From positions 22,649 through 86,648 of IMG/VR virus record IMGVR_UViG_3300042463_000890: a DNA stretch of 64,000 nt. The stretch is one strand, 5' to 3'. Source of the stretch: a virus. How positions within the stretch are numbered: the stretch's first letter is position 1; the number at the start of each line of letters is the position of its first letter. Both the position numbers and the translations under genes were made by a program. Under the pieces are notes generated by a model, which was not told the origin of the DNA, made no database searches, and worked only from the letters and a program-made list of their open reading frames with translations. Below, in pieces: positions 49,890 through 61,064 of this stretch.

Positions 49890-50515
49890 AAACAGTAGTA
49901 TCAATAGGATTTACTGAACCGCACTTATTAATGGTTTCAGATATACTTTTTTCTAAAAACTTATCACCAAAAATTTTAGTATTTGATAACCAAAAAAGAT
50001 TTAATTCTGAAAAAAATTTTATTTATCATAATTACGATTTTATCAATAGTATTAAAGGTCTAAATAATCTGTTTTTTGGGTTTGCAAAACCAATAGGAAA
50101 ATATAAATTATTCGATTTGTTAGAATTAGACTCAAATAATTTTATTAATTTAATTCATAGAAACAGTGAAATTTCAATTTATTCTGAAATAGGTAGGGGA
50201 GTTAGAATTGAACCTAATACTGTTGTTGCAGCCAAAACTAAAATAGGTAATTTTGTTAATATAAATAGAAATGTGAGCATAGGTCATCACTGCGTGATTA
50301 ACGATTTTGTTACAATAAATCCAAGTTGTTCAATTGCTGGATATGTGTCAATTGGTGAGAATACTGAAATTTGTATTGGTACTACTATAATTGACGGTGT
50401 TAACATAGGTAAGAATACTATAATTGGTGCGGGTTCTTTAGTTACTAAAGATATGCCTGACAATGTGGTTGCTTATGGTAATCCATGTAAAATAATAAGA
50501 GAAAATATAATTTAA
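49886..50515 (+). CDS. NeuD/PglD-like hexapeptide-repeat acyltransferase
   Basis: IGHHC, LbH repeats, IGAGSLVTKD, YGNPCK. Confidence 0.85.
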   Translation: MKTVVSIGFTEPHLLMVSDILFSKNLSPKILVFDNQKRFNSEKNFIYHNYDFINSIKGLNNLFFGFAKPIGKYKLFDLLELDSNNFINLIHRNSEISIYSEIGRGVRIEPNTVVAAKTKIGNFVNINRNVSIGHHCVINDFVTINPSCSIAGYVSIGENTEICIGTTIIDGVNIGKNTIIGAGSLVTKDMPDNVVAYGNPCKIIRENII

Positions 50516-51151
50516 ATGTTACATATAATAACTCCATTGTATAGATTTGAGAACTTAGAACGTATATATAATTCCATTTTTATGGATGAGGATATCACTT
50601 GGCATATTTCAAAATCTAATATAAGGGAAGAACCAAATTTTGAATTTATTAAAACCGATAAAAGAGTTAAAATTTATAATGTTGACTGTCTTGACGAAGA
50701 AGCCTTTAAAAAACGTCAACATGTTTTAGAAAAAATAGACTCGGGTTATTTTTGTTTTTTAGACGACGACACATTATTTCATGAAAACATGTACGTAAAA
50801 TATAAAGAGTGTTTGGAAAATAACTTTATTGGTATGGTCGTAGGTCAACAAGTTATGGGTGATGGATATATTAGATTAACCCCGAGCGTACCAATATATC
50901 AACATATTGACGTTGGTAATGTTTTAAGTCACACCAGTTGTTTAAACCAATGTAAATGGCCTTCCACCCATATACCATCTGTAAATCAAAAAGATTTTCT
51001 TTTTTGGGAATCTGTTTATTATTTTTATAATAAAAAATGTGAATTATGGGAGAGTCCGATATCTTACTACAATAAACTAAACCCAAATAACCCCAAACAA
51101 AAGAATAAACTTTTTATCATAAAAAAACCTTATCTCAAAATTAATAAATAA
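50516..51151 (+). CDS. GT-A glycosyltransferase-like protein
   Basis: HIITPLYR, FCFLDDD, ID, SYYNKL. Confidence 0.65.
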   Translation: MLHIITPLYRFENLERIYNSIFMDEDITWHISKSNIREEPNFEFIKTDKRVKIYNVDCLDEEAFKKRQHVLEKIDSGYFCFLDDDTLFHENMYVKYKECLENNFIGMVVGQQVMGDGYIRLTPSVPIYQHIDVGNVLSHTSCLNQCKWPSTHIPSVNQKDFLFWESVYYFYNKKCELWESPISYYNKLNPNNPKQKNKLFIIKKPYLKINK

Positions 51152-51192
51152 AATTTTTGGGGTTATAGGTTAAAAAATTAAACACAATAAAA

Positions 51193-51921
51193 ATGACAAA
51201 CCGAAAAAAAACATCATCACCTACTCAAGATAATGATAGAAAAATCTCAAGAAAAGAACTAATAGGTGAAATAATAAAAAAGAAGACCAAAGAAAAATTC
51301 TTAACTATAAATCAAAAAAAGTATTATGACACTTTAATTGACAGTGAAATTACTATTTGTTCAGGTCCCGCTGGAGTTGGTAAAAGTTACATAACCATGA
51401 AAGCGGCAATTGATTTAATTTCCGACCCTAAGACGCCATACGAAAAAATAATTATTGTAAGACCTGCGGTTGAAGCCGAAGAAAAATTAGGTTCACTACC
51501 AGGTAATGTCGAGGAAAAGTTAGACCCTTATATTTTCCCATCTTATTATTTAATGAATAAAATTATTGGTAAGGAAGCAAGAGAGAAACTTAAAGACTTA
51601 GATGTTATTGAAGTTTTTGCATTGGCATATATGAGAGGAATGAATATTGACAATTCGATACTAATTTTTGAGGAAGGTCAAAACGCCTCCCCAAGTCAAA
51701 TGAAATTATTATTAACTAGAATTGGGTTTAATAGTAAGTTCTTTATTTCAGGGGATGTAGAGCAATCTGATAAATATAAAAATAAAACTCAGAGTGGTTT
51801 ATGGGACGCTATTGAGAAATTTAGAGATGGTGAAGATATTTCGGTTTTTGAATTCAAGGACAAAAAAGATATTGTAAGAAATCCAAAAATAACAAAAATT
51901 CTAGAAAAATACGAAGAATAA
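51193..51921 (+). CDS. phoH: PhoH-family ATPase
   Basis: GPAGVGKS, RPAVEAEEKLGSLPG, YMRG, LLTRIG, GDVEQSD, DIVRN. Confidence 0.93.
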   Translation: MTNRKKTSSPTQDNDRKISRKELIGEIIKKKTKEKFLTINQKKYYDTLIDSEITICSGPAGVGKSYITMKAAIDLISDPKTPYEKIIIVRPAVEAEEKLGSLPGNVEEKLDPYIFPSYYLMNKIIGKEAREKLKDLDVIEVFALAYMRGMNIDNSILIFEEGQNASPSQMKLLLTRIGFNSKFFISGDVEQSDKYKNKTQSGLWDAIEKFRDGEDISVFEFKDKKDIVRNPKITKILEKYEE

Positions 51922-51982
51922 TTATTTTTTGGTTGAGTGATTACAATTTTTAAAATTTTTTTATCTTATTAAAAAATAATTT

Positions 51983-52585
51983 ATGAGGATTGGTATAGAA
52001 ATTAACGGAGTTCTTAGAAATACGTTGGGTAAAATAGAACAAACCTACAATAAATTCTACGTGGAAAAAACTGAAGGTATTGAGGAGTCTGATGAATTTA
52101 AATATGAGATTATTTCAGAAATGAATACCTTAGATATTAAATCTCATTTAAAATTTAGGGATGATGAGGAGTTATTTTCTTTTTTATATGAAGAATTTCC
52201 TATGGAAATATTTGGTCACGCACAATCAACAGAGTACACCACCTTCAATGACCTGAACGACTTATATTTTAATTTAAGGGACAAACATGAGTTAATTATA
52301 GTGTCGGATGAAATAGGTAAATCTAAACCCGCATCATTGTTTTTCTTGTCAAAATTTGGGTGTCAATTTGAGAAAATTATTTTCTATAGTAACTACACCA
52401 TAAAAGAAATGTGGAATCAAATCGACGTTTTAATAACTTCAAATCCAAATCTTTTAGAAAATCATCCTGAGGATAAAATGGTTATAAAGTATAACACAAT
52501 ATATAATAAACAAAACGATTCTTTTCACTCTATAACAACTATAAAAGAGTTAGAATCTAAAATAAATGAAACTGTACTATGTTAA
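51983..52585 (+). CDS. 5'(3')-deoxyribonucleotidase-like HAD-fold protein with degenerate catalytic motifs
   Basis: RIGIEINGVLRN in place of DxDGVL. Confidence 0.55.
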   Translation: MRIGIEINGVLRNTLGKIEQTYNKFYVEKTEGIEESDEFKYEIISEMNTLDIKSHLKFRDDEELFSFLYEEFPMEIFGHAQSTEYTTFNDLNDLYFNLRDKHELIIVSDEIGKSKPASLFFLSKFGCQFEKIIFYSNYTIKEMWNQIDVLITSNPNLLENHPEDKMVIKYNTIYNKQNDSFHSITTIKELESKINETVLC

Positions 52586-52848
52586 AAATTTTAGGAGAAA
52601 ATTATTATCTCGATTTAGATAAAATTGAGGATTACATCAATGTTGACCCCCCTAAGGACTACACAGGTGTTCCAGAAAATCATATTAGTGTTGTAAAATA
52701 TGATATGGTTAAAGTATTAACTGAAACATTATTAACTGAAAGTGAAGAAATTGATGAGAATTTAGGGGCTAAAGCTTCTGGTTTGTCCATCCCATTCAAA
52801 ATAGCATTCAATACACTCCTTAATAAAAAATTATTAAATAAATATTAA
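52579..52848 (+). CDS. Hypothetical protein
   Basis: 89-aa ORF in the operon. Confidence 0.6.
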   Translation: MLKILGENYYLDLDKIEDYINVDPPKDYTGVPENHISVVKYDMVKVLTETLLTESEEIDENLGAKASGLSIPFKIAFNTLLNKKLLNKY

Positions 52849-52852
52849 AAAA

Positions 52853-53917
52853 ATGAATCAAGAAAATTTATTAAAATTAGAAAAATCAATCGAGAACTTG
52901 AAAAGCAAAAAAAGTAAAATTTATTTGTTGGTACAAGACACGAAAGGTAACGCAAAAGCTTCAATTGCATATATCTACAATTTAGGAATGGCGTTACTTA
53001 ATAACGGGTTTAGTCCTGTTATATTACATGAGAAACCTGATTACACTGGCGTTGCGGGTTGGTTAGGAAAAGAGTATATGGAATCTCTACCTCATAAATC
53101 AATAGAAGGAGATAATTTAGAAGTGGCTCCTGAAGATTTTATTATAGTTCCTGAATTATATGGATTTGTTATGGCTCAACTTTCTAAATTACCTTGTGGA
53201 AAAATTGTTCTATGTCAAGCGTACGACCATATGTTAGAAACATTACAACCAGGTATGACATGGGGTCAAACAGGATTCCATAAATGTATTACCACGTCCG
53301 AATTCCAAAAAGAGTTTGTCTCTAATGTAATGAGAAATGTTTCGTTTGACATTATAGAACCTTTTATTTCTGACAAGTATAAACCTCAAACTAAACCCTC
53401 TAAACCAATAGTTACCATTCATTCAAGAGAACAAAGGGACACTACCAATTTAGTAAAAACATTTTATTTAAAATTCCCTCAGTATAGATGGGTAACATTT
53501 AGAGATATGAAAGGTTTGACTGAAGACCAATACGCCCAAGCTTTCCAAGATAGTTTCTTATCAATTTGGATTGATGAGACTAGTGCGTATGGTACATTTC
53601 CACTTGAGTCTATGAAATCAGGAGTTCCTGTGTTAGGATTAGTCCCTAATGTATTACCTCATTGGATGAATGAGGAAAACGGTGTATGGGTTAATAACAA
53701 AACTCAAATCGTAGACTTTGTTGCCGATTTCCTTCAAAATTGGTTAGAGGATAATATTAGTGAAACACTTTTAACTGAAATGAAAAATACCGTAGATAAT
53801 CTACCAACAAAAGAAAACTTTGATTCTAAAGTTGTTGAGATATTTGACGGATATATAAACACAAGATTAACTTCATTCGAAGAACAATTAAATAAATTTA
53901 CAACAATCGAAGAATAA
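52853..53917 (+). CDS. GT-B fold glycosyltransferase-like protein
   Basis: DFIIVPE; SAYGTFPLESMKSGVPVLG. Confidence 0.65.
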   Translation: MNQENLLKLEKSIENLKSKKSKIYLLVQDTKGNAKASIAYIYNLGMALLNNGFSPVILHEKPDYTGVAGWLGKEYMESLPHKSIEGDNLEVAPEDFIIVPELYGFVMAQLSKLPCGKIVLCQAYDHMLETLQPGMTWGQTGFHKCITTSEFQKEFVSNVMRNVSFDIIEPFISDKYKPQTKPSKPIVTIHSREQRDTTNLVKTFYLKFPQYRWVTFRDMKGLTEDQYAQAFQDSFLSIWIDETSAYGTFPLESMKSGVPVLGLVPNVLPHWMNEENGVWVNNKTQIVDFVADFLQNWLEDNISETLLTEMKNTVDNLPTKENFDSKVVEIFDGYINTRLTSFEEQLNKFTTIEE

Positions 53918-53921
53918 TATT

Positions 53922-54725
53922 ATGGAAAAATTTAATATCTCAGTAATACTACCAATTAAATCTATGGCAACAAGAGGATTCGATGAATACTTTGCAAAGG
54001 CCATTGAATCTATTAAAATACAAACACTACAAATCAAAGAATTAATAATTGTTCACACTGACGAAACATCTTTAGTTGAATTTTTAAACAATTTTGATTT
54101 TGGTGATTTAACAGTTAAAAAGGAAGTTTGGACAAAAGAACCTAATTATGCCGAACAAATTAATCACGGTGTTAGGGTTTCTACAGGTGAATGGGTTTCA
54201 TTGTTTGAATTTGACGATGAGTACTCCAAAATTTGGATGAAAAACGTTAAGTTATACTCTGAATCGTATCCTGAAATTGATGCGTTTCTTCCAATCGTTG
54301 TTGATATTGACGAAAAAAATCAATTCGCTGGTTTTACAAATGAAGCAACATTTGCATTAAATATCGCATCTGATATGGGTATGTTAACAAACGAAACTTT
54401 ACAAACTTATCAAAATTTCCAAATATCAGGAATGGTAATTAAAAAATCTAAATTTATTGACTTTGGTTTGATTAAACCAAGTTTTAAATTAACCTTTGGA
54501 TATGAATTCTTTTTAAGAATGACACATAACAATGTTAAATTTATGTCAATCCCTAGAATTGGATACAAACACGTAAATTTAAGAGAAGGGTCAATTTTTT
54601 GGAATTACAAAAACGGTGAAAATATTTTGACGGAAGATGAAGTTAAGTTTTGGGTTGAGTCGGCTAAAAAAGAATATTTCTTTATTAATGATAGAGCCAT
54701 AAAATATGAACCTTCTGAAGTTTAA
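53922..54725 (+). CDS. GT2-family glycosyltransferase
   Basis: ISVILPI, INHGV, FEFDDEY, YEFFLR. Confidence 0.75.
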   Translation: MEKFNISVILPIKSMATRGFDEYFAKAIESIKIQTLQIKELIIVHTDETSLVEFLNNFDFGDLTVKKEVWTKEPNYAEQINHGVRVSTGEWVSLFEFDDEYSKIWMKNVKLYSESYPEIDAFLPIVVDIDEKNQFAGFTNEATFALNIASDMGMLTNETLQTYQNFQISGMVIKKSKFIDFGLIKPSFKLTFGYEFFLRMTHNNVKFMSIPRIGYKHVNLREGSIFWNYKNGENILTEDEVKFWVESAKKEYFFINDRAIKYEPSEV

Positions 54726-55474
54726 TGAATGAAGTTAATATTTTAACGGGAACAACAGATGTACTAACAAAAAAGAAAGGTAGAAAACCAAAACAAACAA
54801 ACTATTTTGATGTTCGTGAAGAATTGGCGGTAATTAAATTTTTAGAAACCGATTCCGCGGAAGAAAGAAATAAAATCTACAACGATTTTTTGAGGGGTCC
54901 TCTGGATAAAATGATATCCTCTATTATTAGAAGATATAAATTATATCGAAAAGATATGGATTTTTACGAAATTCATACTGACACTCATTCGTTTTTAATG
55001 ACTAAAATAGATAAGTTTAAGCCTTCAAAAGAGAAGAAGGCTTACTCTTATTTTGGTACTATTTGTAAAAATTACCTAATGGGTCAAATTATAAAAGACC
55101 AAAAAGAGATTAATAGAAAAATATCTTATGAAGATATATCTCCAATATTAGAAAATAATTCAGATTACTCATATTCGATTGATTCAGATTCTGTAGATTC
55201 AGAGTTAGTTATTAGAAATTTTCTATCCGAATTAGACAAGTTTTTAAAAGATGGTAATTTAAACGAAAATGAAACTAAATTAGGTTATGCGTTATATGAC
55301 CTTTTTGAAAATTACGACAGTATTTTTGAGGGTAGTTCTAATAATAAGTTCAACAAAAATATAATTCTATTGTCATTGAGGGAAATGACTAACCTATCCA
55401 CAAAAGAAATCAGAAGTTCTATGAAAAAATATAAAATCATATATGTGAACTTGGTGGACAAAATGGCCAAATAA
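54725..55474 (+). CDS. Phage sigma factor-like protein (T4 gp55-like late sigma)
   Basis: Region-2-like KIDKFKPSKEKKAYSYFGTICKNYL. Confidence 0.65.
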   Translation: MNEVNILTGTTDVLTKKKGRKPKQTNYFDVREELAVIKFLETDSAEERNKIYNDFLRGPLDKMISSIIRRYKLYRKDMDFYEIHTDTHSFLMTKIDKFKPSKEKKAYSYFGTICKNYLMGQIIKDQKEINRKISYEDISPILENNSDYSYSIDSDSVDSELVIRNFLSELDKFLKDGNLNENETKLGYALYDLFENYDSIFEGSSNNKFNKNIILLSLREMTNLSTKEIRSSMKKYKIIYVNLVDKMAK

Positions 55475-55499
55475 AATTACAAGATAACTATTTATTATT

Positions 55500-55874
55500 A
55501 TGGGAAGACCGCAAAAAAAAGAAATTAATTTATCTAAGGAATCTATATTATCATTAATGCAAGAAATTTATAACGAACTTGTTGAGCAGAGGAATACTGC
55601 GATAAGAATTCAAAATAAAATGTTATCTATGATGAAAGAACCTGAAGATATGACATTGATAGGTCCTGTAATAGAAAAACAACAAAAAATTATAAATGAC
55701 TGCGTAGATAAAAAATTGTCTTTATCTAAATTACAGTCAAGTATTTGGGAAAAACAGAGTTCTAGTAAAGAATCCTTTTCAATTTCCGATATCGATATTG
55801 ATGATGAAATAATCAAAGACTTACTTGAGAAAGATATCAATAAGTCTGAAGGTAATTACAAAATGAATAAGTAA
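55500..55874 (+). CDS. Hypothetical coiled-coil protein
   Basis: 124-aa ORF preceded by TATTTAT. Confidence 0.6.
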   Translation: MGRPQKKEINLSKESILSLMQEIYNELVEQRNTAIRIQNKMLSMMKEPEDMTLIGPVIEKQQKIINDCVDKKLSLSKLQSSIWEKQSSSKESFSISDIDIDDEIIKDLLEKDINKSEGNYKMNK

Positions 55875-55875
55875 A

Positions 55876-57783
55876 ATGGCTTCATTAGATTTAAATGCTG
55901 ATTATAAAGCAATTCAAGATAAAGTTAAGGCGACCCAAGCATATAAGGACGCTAAAGCAGATTATGACAAAGCCAAAAAAAGAAAAGGTGAAAGTTTTGA
56001 CAAGAAAAAATCTGAGGTAACAGAACAAATCAATAAGTTTAAAAACGAGAAAAAAAAATACCAAAAACAAATTAAATCTCAATTTGAGCAATTATTAGAT
56101 TTAAATAATGTTACAGGAGGTAAGGGTAGTAATTCATCTAAATATATTAAAAAATTACTATTACAGGCCTTAAAAAATATTGAGCCTAAAATATTAGAAA
56201 TTTTACGAACTGAAGCGATTAATGCGGTCGGTTGTGACCAACAACAATTGTTTAATGGTCAAGTTTTATATATTAAAGTATCATCAGTAGATTTAGGTTC
56301 TTTGTTAAAAAAAGACCCTACGGATGAAATAGGAAAAGTTTTATACGAAAAAAATCCAATTGCCATTCAGACGTTCCCATTTTCGATGAATAGAGAACTA
56401 TACCAAAGAATACAAAGTGGTCAACCTTACTCAGTTGATAACGGTCAGTTATATTTAGGAGCGTCGACTCAAGCATTATTTGATATACAGTATGTAGAGT
56501 TAGACAATTTAGGTCAAACAGGTCCTTGGTTTAAAATAACCCTACAAAACAGAGTGGGAGGTATAAATAAAGTAGGTGAATTTCTTGTAGATTATTACAA
56601 AACAATAAAACTTGTTGATTTTACTAATATTATCGCACAGATTATTGAAGCTCTTTGTGGTGCGATTTCAATACAAGCCAATGTAGGGTTAGTACAAGCG
56701 GAAGACGCAAGTAAATTCATGTTAATTTTACAAAGAATTCTTGGTCTATGTTTTGATTCTGTAAAAGAAATTGATGTTAGCGGGGTTGCAAAAGTTTCAG
56801 AAACTGATGGTATTGATGATTCATTTTTTGAATTTACTGAAATTGATTTAAGAAATATTGACTTAAGAATCGCAAACATTAAAAAAGGGGTTATCCAATT
56901 TGAGGATTGTGGTAACGTGGACATACCCGTTGATTCAACTTCTCTACTTAATGCTCTTAATAATCTAAATTTTGTACCCGATTCAGATTTAGAAAACGCC
57001 GCTGACCAAGTAACTAATGTATTGGCTAACAATCCTGAACTTAATGGTTTAGGTATTGAGGCTAATATCCAAGCGTCTGTTGATTTTAACTTTATTAAAC
57101 TATTGGCACAAGGTCTAATTTTTGCTCTTTTAACACCAAAAATTTTGTTACCTATAATGACAATGTTAAAAGCAATTGGCCAAAATGTTAGTGATGGGAT
57201 TAATTCGTTCCAGCAATTTGCAAAAGACTTTAGAAAATTTGTAATTAATTTAGTTTCTAAAGTAGGTTCATTATTTGTCCAAGAATTATTTAATTTAATT
57301 AAAAAAGATATTCAAAATTTGATACAACAAGTTATAATGGATTTGGTTAAAGAAAAGGCGGATAAAAGAATAACTATGATTCTAAAACTTATTCAATTAC
57401 TTTTATTATTAGCCCAATTAATTTCAGATTGGAGGAAATGTAAAAGTGTTATTGACGAGCTCCTGCAACTTTTAAATATTGCCGCCTCGGGATGGGGAGG
57501 TGAAGTTCCTTTACCTCTGTTATTTGCTTCACAGATATTAGATGGTTATTCTGAAACAAGAGCCTTTATCGGTACTATTGAAGAAATGCAAAAATTAGGA
57601 ATACCAACTGGTCCTATGCCTGACGGAAGTCCTAATTTAAATGTATTATCCAAATTCGCTCAGATGAAAGCTCAAGCTAAAGAAGAGGCCGAAAATGGTA
57701 AGGTTCAAATTGCGATTGGTGCTCTTAGTACAACTCCTGCAGGATTAACAGTACCAGCAAGTGCATTCGGTAAAAAAATGTAA
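55876..57783 (+). CDS. Hypothetical helical protein, probably virion-associated
   Basis: 635-aa ORF upstream of the spike gene; hydrophobic helices. Confidence 0.55.
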   Translation: MASLDLNADYKAIQDKVKATQAYKDAKADYDKAKKRKGESFDKKKSEVTEQINKFKNEKKKYQKQIKSQFEQLLDLNNVTGGKGSNSSKYIKKLLLQALKNIEPKILEILRTEAINAVGCDQQQLFNGQVLYIKVSSVDLGSLLKKDPTDEIGKVLYEKNPIAIQTFPFSMNRELYQRIQSGQPYSVDNGQLYLGASTQALFDIQYVELDNLGQTGPWFKITLQNRVGGINKVGEFLVDYYKTIKLVDFTNIIAQIIEALCGAISIQANVGLVQAEDASKFMLILQRILGLCFDSVKEIDVSGVAKVSETDGIDDSFFEFTEIDLRNIDLRIANIKKGVIQFEDCGNVDIPVDSTSLLNALNNLNFVPDSDLENAADQVTNVLANNPELNGLGIEANIQASVDFNFIKLLAQGLIFALLTPKILLPIMTMLKAIGQNVSDGINSFQQFAKDFRKFVINLVSKVGSLFVQELFNLIKKDIQNLIQQVIMDLVKEKADKRITMILKLIQLLLLLAQLISDWRKCKSVIDELLQLLNIAASGWGGEVPLPLLFASQILDGYSETRAFIGTIEEMQKLGIPTGPMPDGSPNLNVLSKFAQMKAQAKEEAENGKVQIAIGALSTTPAGLTVPASAFGKKM

Positions 57784-57787
57784 AATT

Positions 57788-58000
57788 ATGACAAAAAAAG
57801 AAACCGCTGAAAAAGTATTGAGGATAGTTAAAGATTATAAATCCCATTCAAACAAGGATTTAACATTTGCTATGGATTTTATCCAAGAAGATTTTAATTT
57901 AACTAAAGAAACTCTTCTAAAATTGTCAACTCATTTAGACAAATTAGAAACTACATATAATTTAATTTTAAAAGAATACGAAAGTAGAGTTAAGAAATGA
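57788..58000 (+). CDS. Hypothetical protein (start moved to ATG 57788)
   Basis: [11 protein letters not shown]...; same frame as track ORF 57761. Confidence 0.55.
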   Translation: MTKKETAEKVLRIVKDYKSHSNKDLTFAMDFIQEDFNLTKETLLKLSTHLDKLETTYNLILKEYESRVKK

Positions 58001-59571
58001 ATATAACTAACGACAACCAATATCAAATTATATTTCCAGGTATTGTACTTGATGACCAAGACCCTATGATGTTAGGTAGATTAAGAGTCATGCCTGAAAC
58101 AGAAGTTTATAGAGATATAATTGCATCAGTTCCTAATTGGAATGAAGAAAAAGATAAGTGGTCAAGTAAAGACCCTTTGATATTTTTACCTTTGTTACCA
58201 TTTTTCTTAAGTCAAATTCCAAAAAAAGGAGAATACGTTAATATTATTTATCAAAATAAAAAATTTGTTTTCCAAAACCAATTTTATATACAAGGACCTT
58301 ATTCCTCACCAATGTTGTCCCCCTTCGAGTATTACCAAGGGTCAAAGAAATTTTTAGCGACAGGTGACAGAATTAAACAAGGATTAAGTATAAAAAACAC
58401 TGATGGAACTTATCGTAATAAAAATAGTTATGGAGTGTTTCCTGAACCTGGAGATAATTCTTTATTAGGAAGAGGAAGTGCGGATGTTATTGTTAAACAA
58501 GACGAAGTATTAATAAGAGCGGGGAAAACTAAAATTTTAAAGTCAACTCGGTTACCTGTTGGGAACCCTCTCAGGTCTTTTTTACAGTTGTCTTATTTCC
58601 CTCAAACAAAAAATTTAGAAAACCCTGAGTCTTTTGCAAGACTTCAAGAAGTTGTCAAAGTCGTTAAAAAATTAGTAATATGGGACATTACGAACTTAGA
58701 AAATACTCAAGATGTTTTTAATGGTTCGGTGAAACTATACAACGTTATACCATCAGAAAGTGTTAACACAAAAAATTTTAAATCGGATACAATTACTAAA
58801 CTTTCAGACGGGACAAACTACACGTTTTTATGCGGAATTAATTTTAACTCAGTTTCATTTGAATCTGCGGTTAATATCATTAATAAAACTATTCAAGGAA
58901 TATTTGCGAGTTATATTCAGCCCGACCCAAATTATCCTTTACTACCATCAACACCAAATGTTGTGGACCAATTTCCATTTATAGTAACCCCATCAAAATT
59001 AACATATGAAACAGGAAATAAATTTACCACCGCGTCAACCGCAAATGATATTGCCGAACTTGTTAATTACAAAAGATTTTATAAGAAAATAAAAATAAAT
59101 GATGGAATTAAAGAGAGTGGGTTCTTTTTAGTGTCAGAAAATAATAATGGTAAACCAAAAATAGGACCTAGCTCTCAAGTTGTTAATGAAACGGTTACCC
59201 CTGCTAATTATAGTCAAAGTTCTATAACTTATGGTATTTTAGGAGGACAACGAATTTATCTACTATCCCAAGATTCTGCAGGACCTAAAGGACAAATTAG
59301 TTTAAGTGAAACTTTATACGGTATCCCTCAAGAAAAATTTATAGGTAGTGAAAAAAGTATTCAGACCCAAACTTACCCGACTGTAAGAGGAGATGAGTTA
59401 ATGATACTACTTAGAAAGATATTTTCATATATTAAAGGTCACGTTCATCCTGAAGCAACAATGCCACCTGTACCTGTCGCTGCGGGGAACGGTCAAACAA
59501 GTACTGAGATTGACCAAATATTAGCAGAAGCTGAAAATACAATCCTAAATCAAAATATTCGAATTAATTGA
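57997..59571 (+). CDS. Baseplate central spike/hub protein (gp5/VgrG-like OB fold)
   Basis: [17 protein letters not shown]...PLLP...IPKKGEYV; C-term HVH. Confidence 0.7.
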   Translation: MNITNDNQYQIIFPGIVLDDQDPMMLGRLRVMPETEVYRDIIASVPNWNEEKDKWSSKDPLIFLPLLPFFLSQIPKKGEYVNIIYQNKKFVFQNQFYIQGPYSSPMLSPFEYYQGSKKFLATGDRIKQGLSIKNTDGTYRNKNSYGVFPEPGDNSLLGRGSADVIVKQDEVLIRAGKTKILKSTRLPVGNPLRSFLQLSYFPQTKNLENPESFARLQEVVKVVKKLVIWDITNLENTQDVFNGSVKLYNVIPSESVNTKNFKSDTITKLSDGTNYTFLCGINFNSVSFESAVNIINKTIQGIFASYIQPDPNYPLLPSTPNVVDQFPFIVTPSKLTYETGNKFTTASTANDIAELVNYKRFYKKIKINDGIKESGFFLVSENNNGKPKIGPSSQVVNETVTPANYSQSSITYGILGGQRIYLLSQDSAGPKGQISLSETLYGIPQEKFIGSEKSIQTQTYPTVRGDELMILLRKIFSYIKGHVHPEATMPPVPVAAGNGQTSTEIDQILAEAENTILNQNIRIN

Positions 59572-59595
59572 TATTTATTAAACAAACAACGTTTA

Positions 59596-61062
59596 ATGTC
59601 AATTAATAATTCGTATTTCAGTAAAAATAACACTATTATATCTAATAGCTTCACTAACACGGGTAGGAACCCTGTTACTGAATTATTTTTTGGTTCTTTG
59701 GCCACTTCCGAATATCCTAACGGGTACAGTCGTTTTATATTTGATTTGAATTTAGATTTACTTAAAGAAAAAGTTACTAATGGTACAATTTCTTTAGATG
59801 AAAATTGCGGACCACTACCAAAACATACTTTAAGGATGATAAACACCTCATCATTTGACCGTGAGTTACTAAACACAAGAACTTCACAAGGGAGAATGAG
59901 GGCAACTTCATTTGACTTAGTTTTATTTAGAATACCCTACATTAACGACGATATGGATAGACCACAAATTTGGGATGAGGGTGTCGGGTATGATTTTGCG
60001 GATTTAGTTTACGAATATAGTGATTTCGATAAAAATTTTTCAGATAGACCTTCTAATTGGTATCAAACCACAACTTTAGGTGTTTGGACTCAACCAGGTA
60101 TCTATAGTAATACTAACATAGGTAATGTGACATATAATGATTTAACTATTGTTGCAACCCAACATTTTGAATTTGGGGATGAGAATGTTGAGTTTGATAT
60201 GACAGATGAAATTAACTCAATTTTAAATGGTACTCTAACAAATGTTTCAGGATGGGGTATTGCTTACAAACCACAATTAGAAAAAATAACAGGATTAACA
60301 GACATATATGAAGTTCAGTTTTTTACTCGTCATACTCAAACATTCTATGAACCTTATTTAGAAACAAATTATAATGATTTTATTGATGATGATAGAAATT
60401 TGTTTACGTTAGGTAGAGTTAATCACTTATACCTTTATCTATACGACAATGGAAATCCACTTAATTTAGATTTTAATCCTGTTGTAGATATTCTTGATAA
60501 CAGTGGTGATGTAATTTTAACAGGATTACCAACTTGTAAAAAAACTAGGGGGGTCTATGAAGTCACGGTACCCGCTCTTAATAGTTATAAAACTCCTTGT
60601 ACATTCTCGGACAAATGGAGAAATTTAAGTTTAAATGGATTCCCAATAAATCCAATTCTGAATGATTTTACACTTTATCCGTTTAAAAACTCTATTCAAA
60701 TTGGTACTGAATCACAAGAACCAAAATTATACGGATTTGATTACTACGGTATTAAACAAGATGAAAAAATATTTAATACTGACATTAGAAAAGTTGGTGT
60801 TGTTATTAAACAGGCTTATACAACAAATAAACTTTTACAAAAAGTAGATGCTCTATATAGGGTCTATGTGAGAGAAGGTCAAACTGAAGTACAAGTACAA
60901 GATTGGACAAAAATAAACAGAACTCCTAATGAATATTATTTCATATTTGATACAAGAGATAAAATACCAAATGAATATTATATTGATATTCAAGTTAAAA
61001 GTTCTAGTGAAGTTAACACTTATAAAAAACAAATAAAATTCCAAATAGTTAATTACAAATAA
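59596..61062 (+). CDS. Putative virion structural protein
   Basis: Beta-rich 488-aa ORF, TATTTAT upstream, follows the spike gene. Confidence 0.5.
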   Translation: MSINNSYFSKNNTIISNSFTNTGRNPVTELFFGSLATSEYPNGYSRFIFDLNLDLLKEKVTNGTISLDENCGPLPKHTLRMINTSSFDRELLNTRTSQGRMRATSFDLVLFRIPYINDDMDRPQIWDEGVGYDFADLVYEYSDFDKNFSDRPSNWYQTTTLGVWTQPGIYSNTNIGNVTYNDLTIVATQHFEFGDENVEFDMTDEINSILNGTLTNVSGWGIAYKPQLEKITGLTDIYEVQFFTRHTQTFYEPYLETNYNDFIDDDRNLFTLGRVNHLYLYLYDNGNPLNLDFNPVVDILDNSGDVILTGLPTCKKTRGVYEVTVPALNSYKTPCTFSDKWRNLSLNGFPINPILNDFTLYPFKNSIQIGTESQEPKLYGFDYYGIKQDEKIFNTDIRKVGVVIKQAYTTNKLLQKVDALYRVYVREGQTEVQVQDWTKINRTPNEYYFIFDTRDKIPNEYYIDIQVKSSSEVNTYKKQIKFQIVNYK

Positions 61063-61064
61063 AG

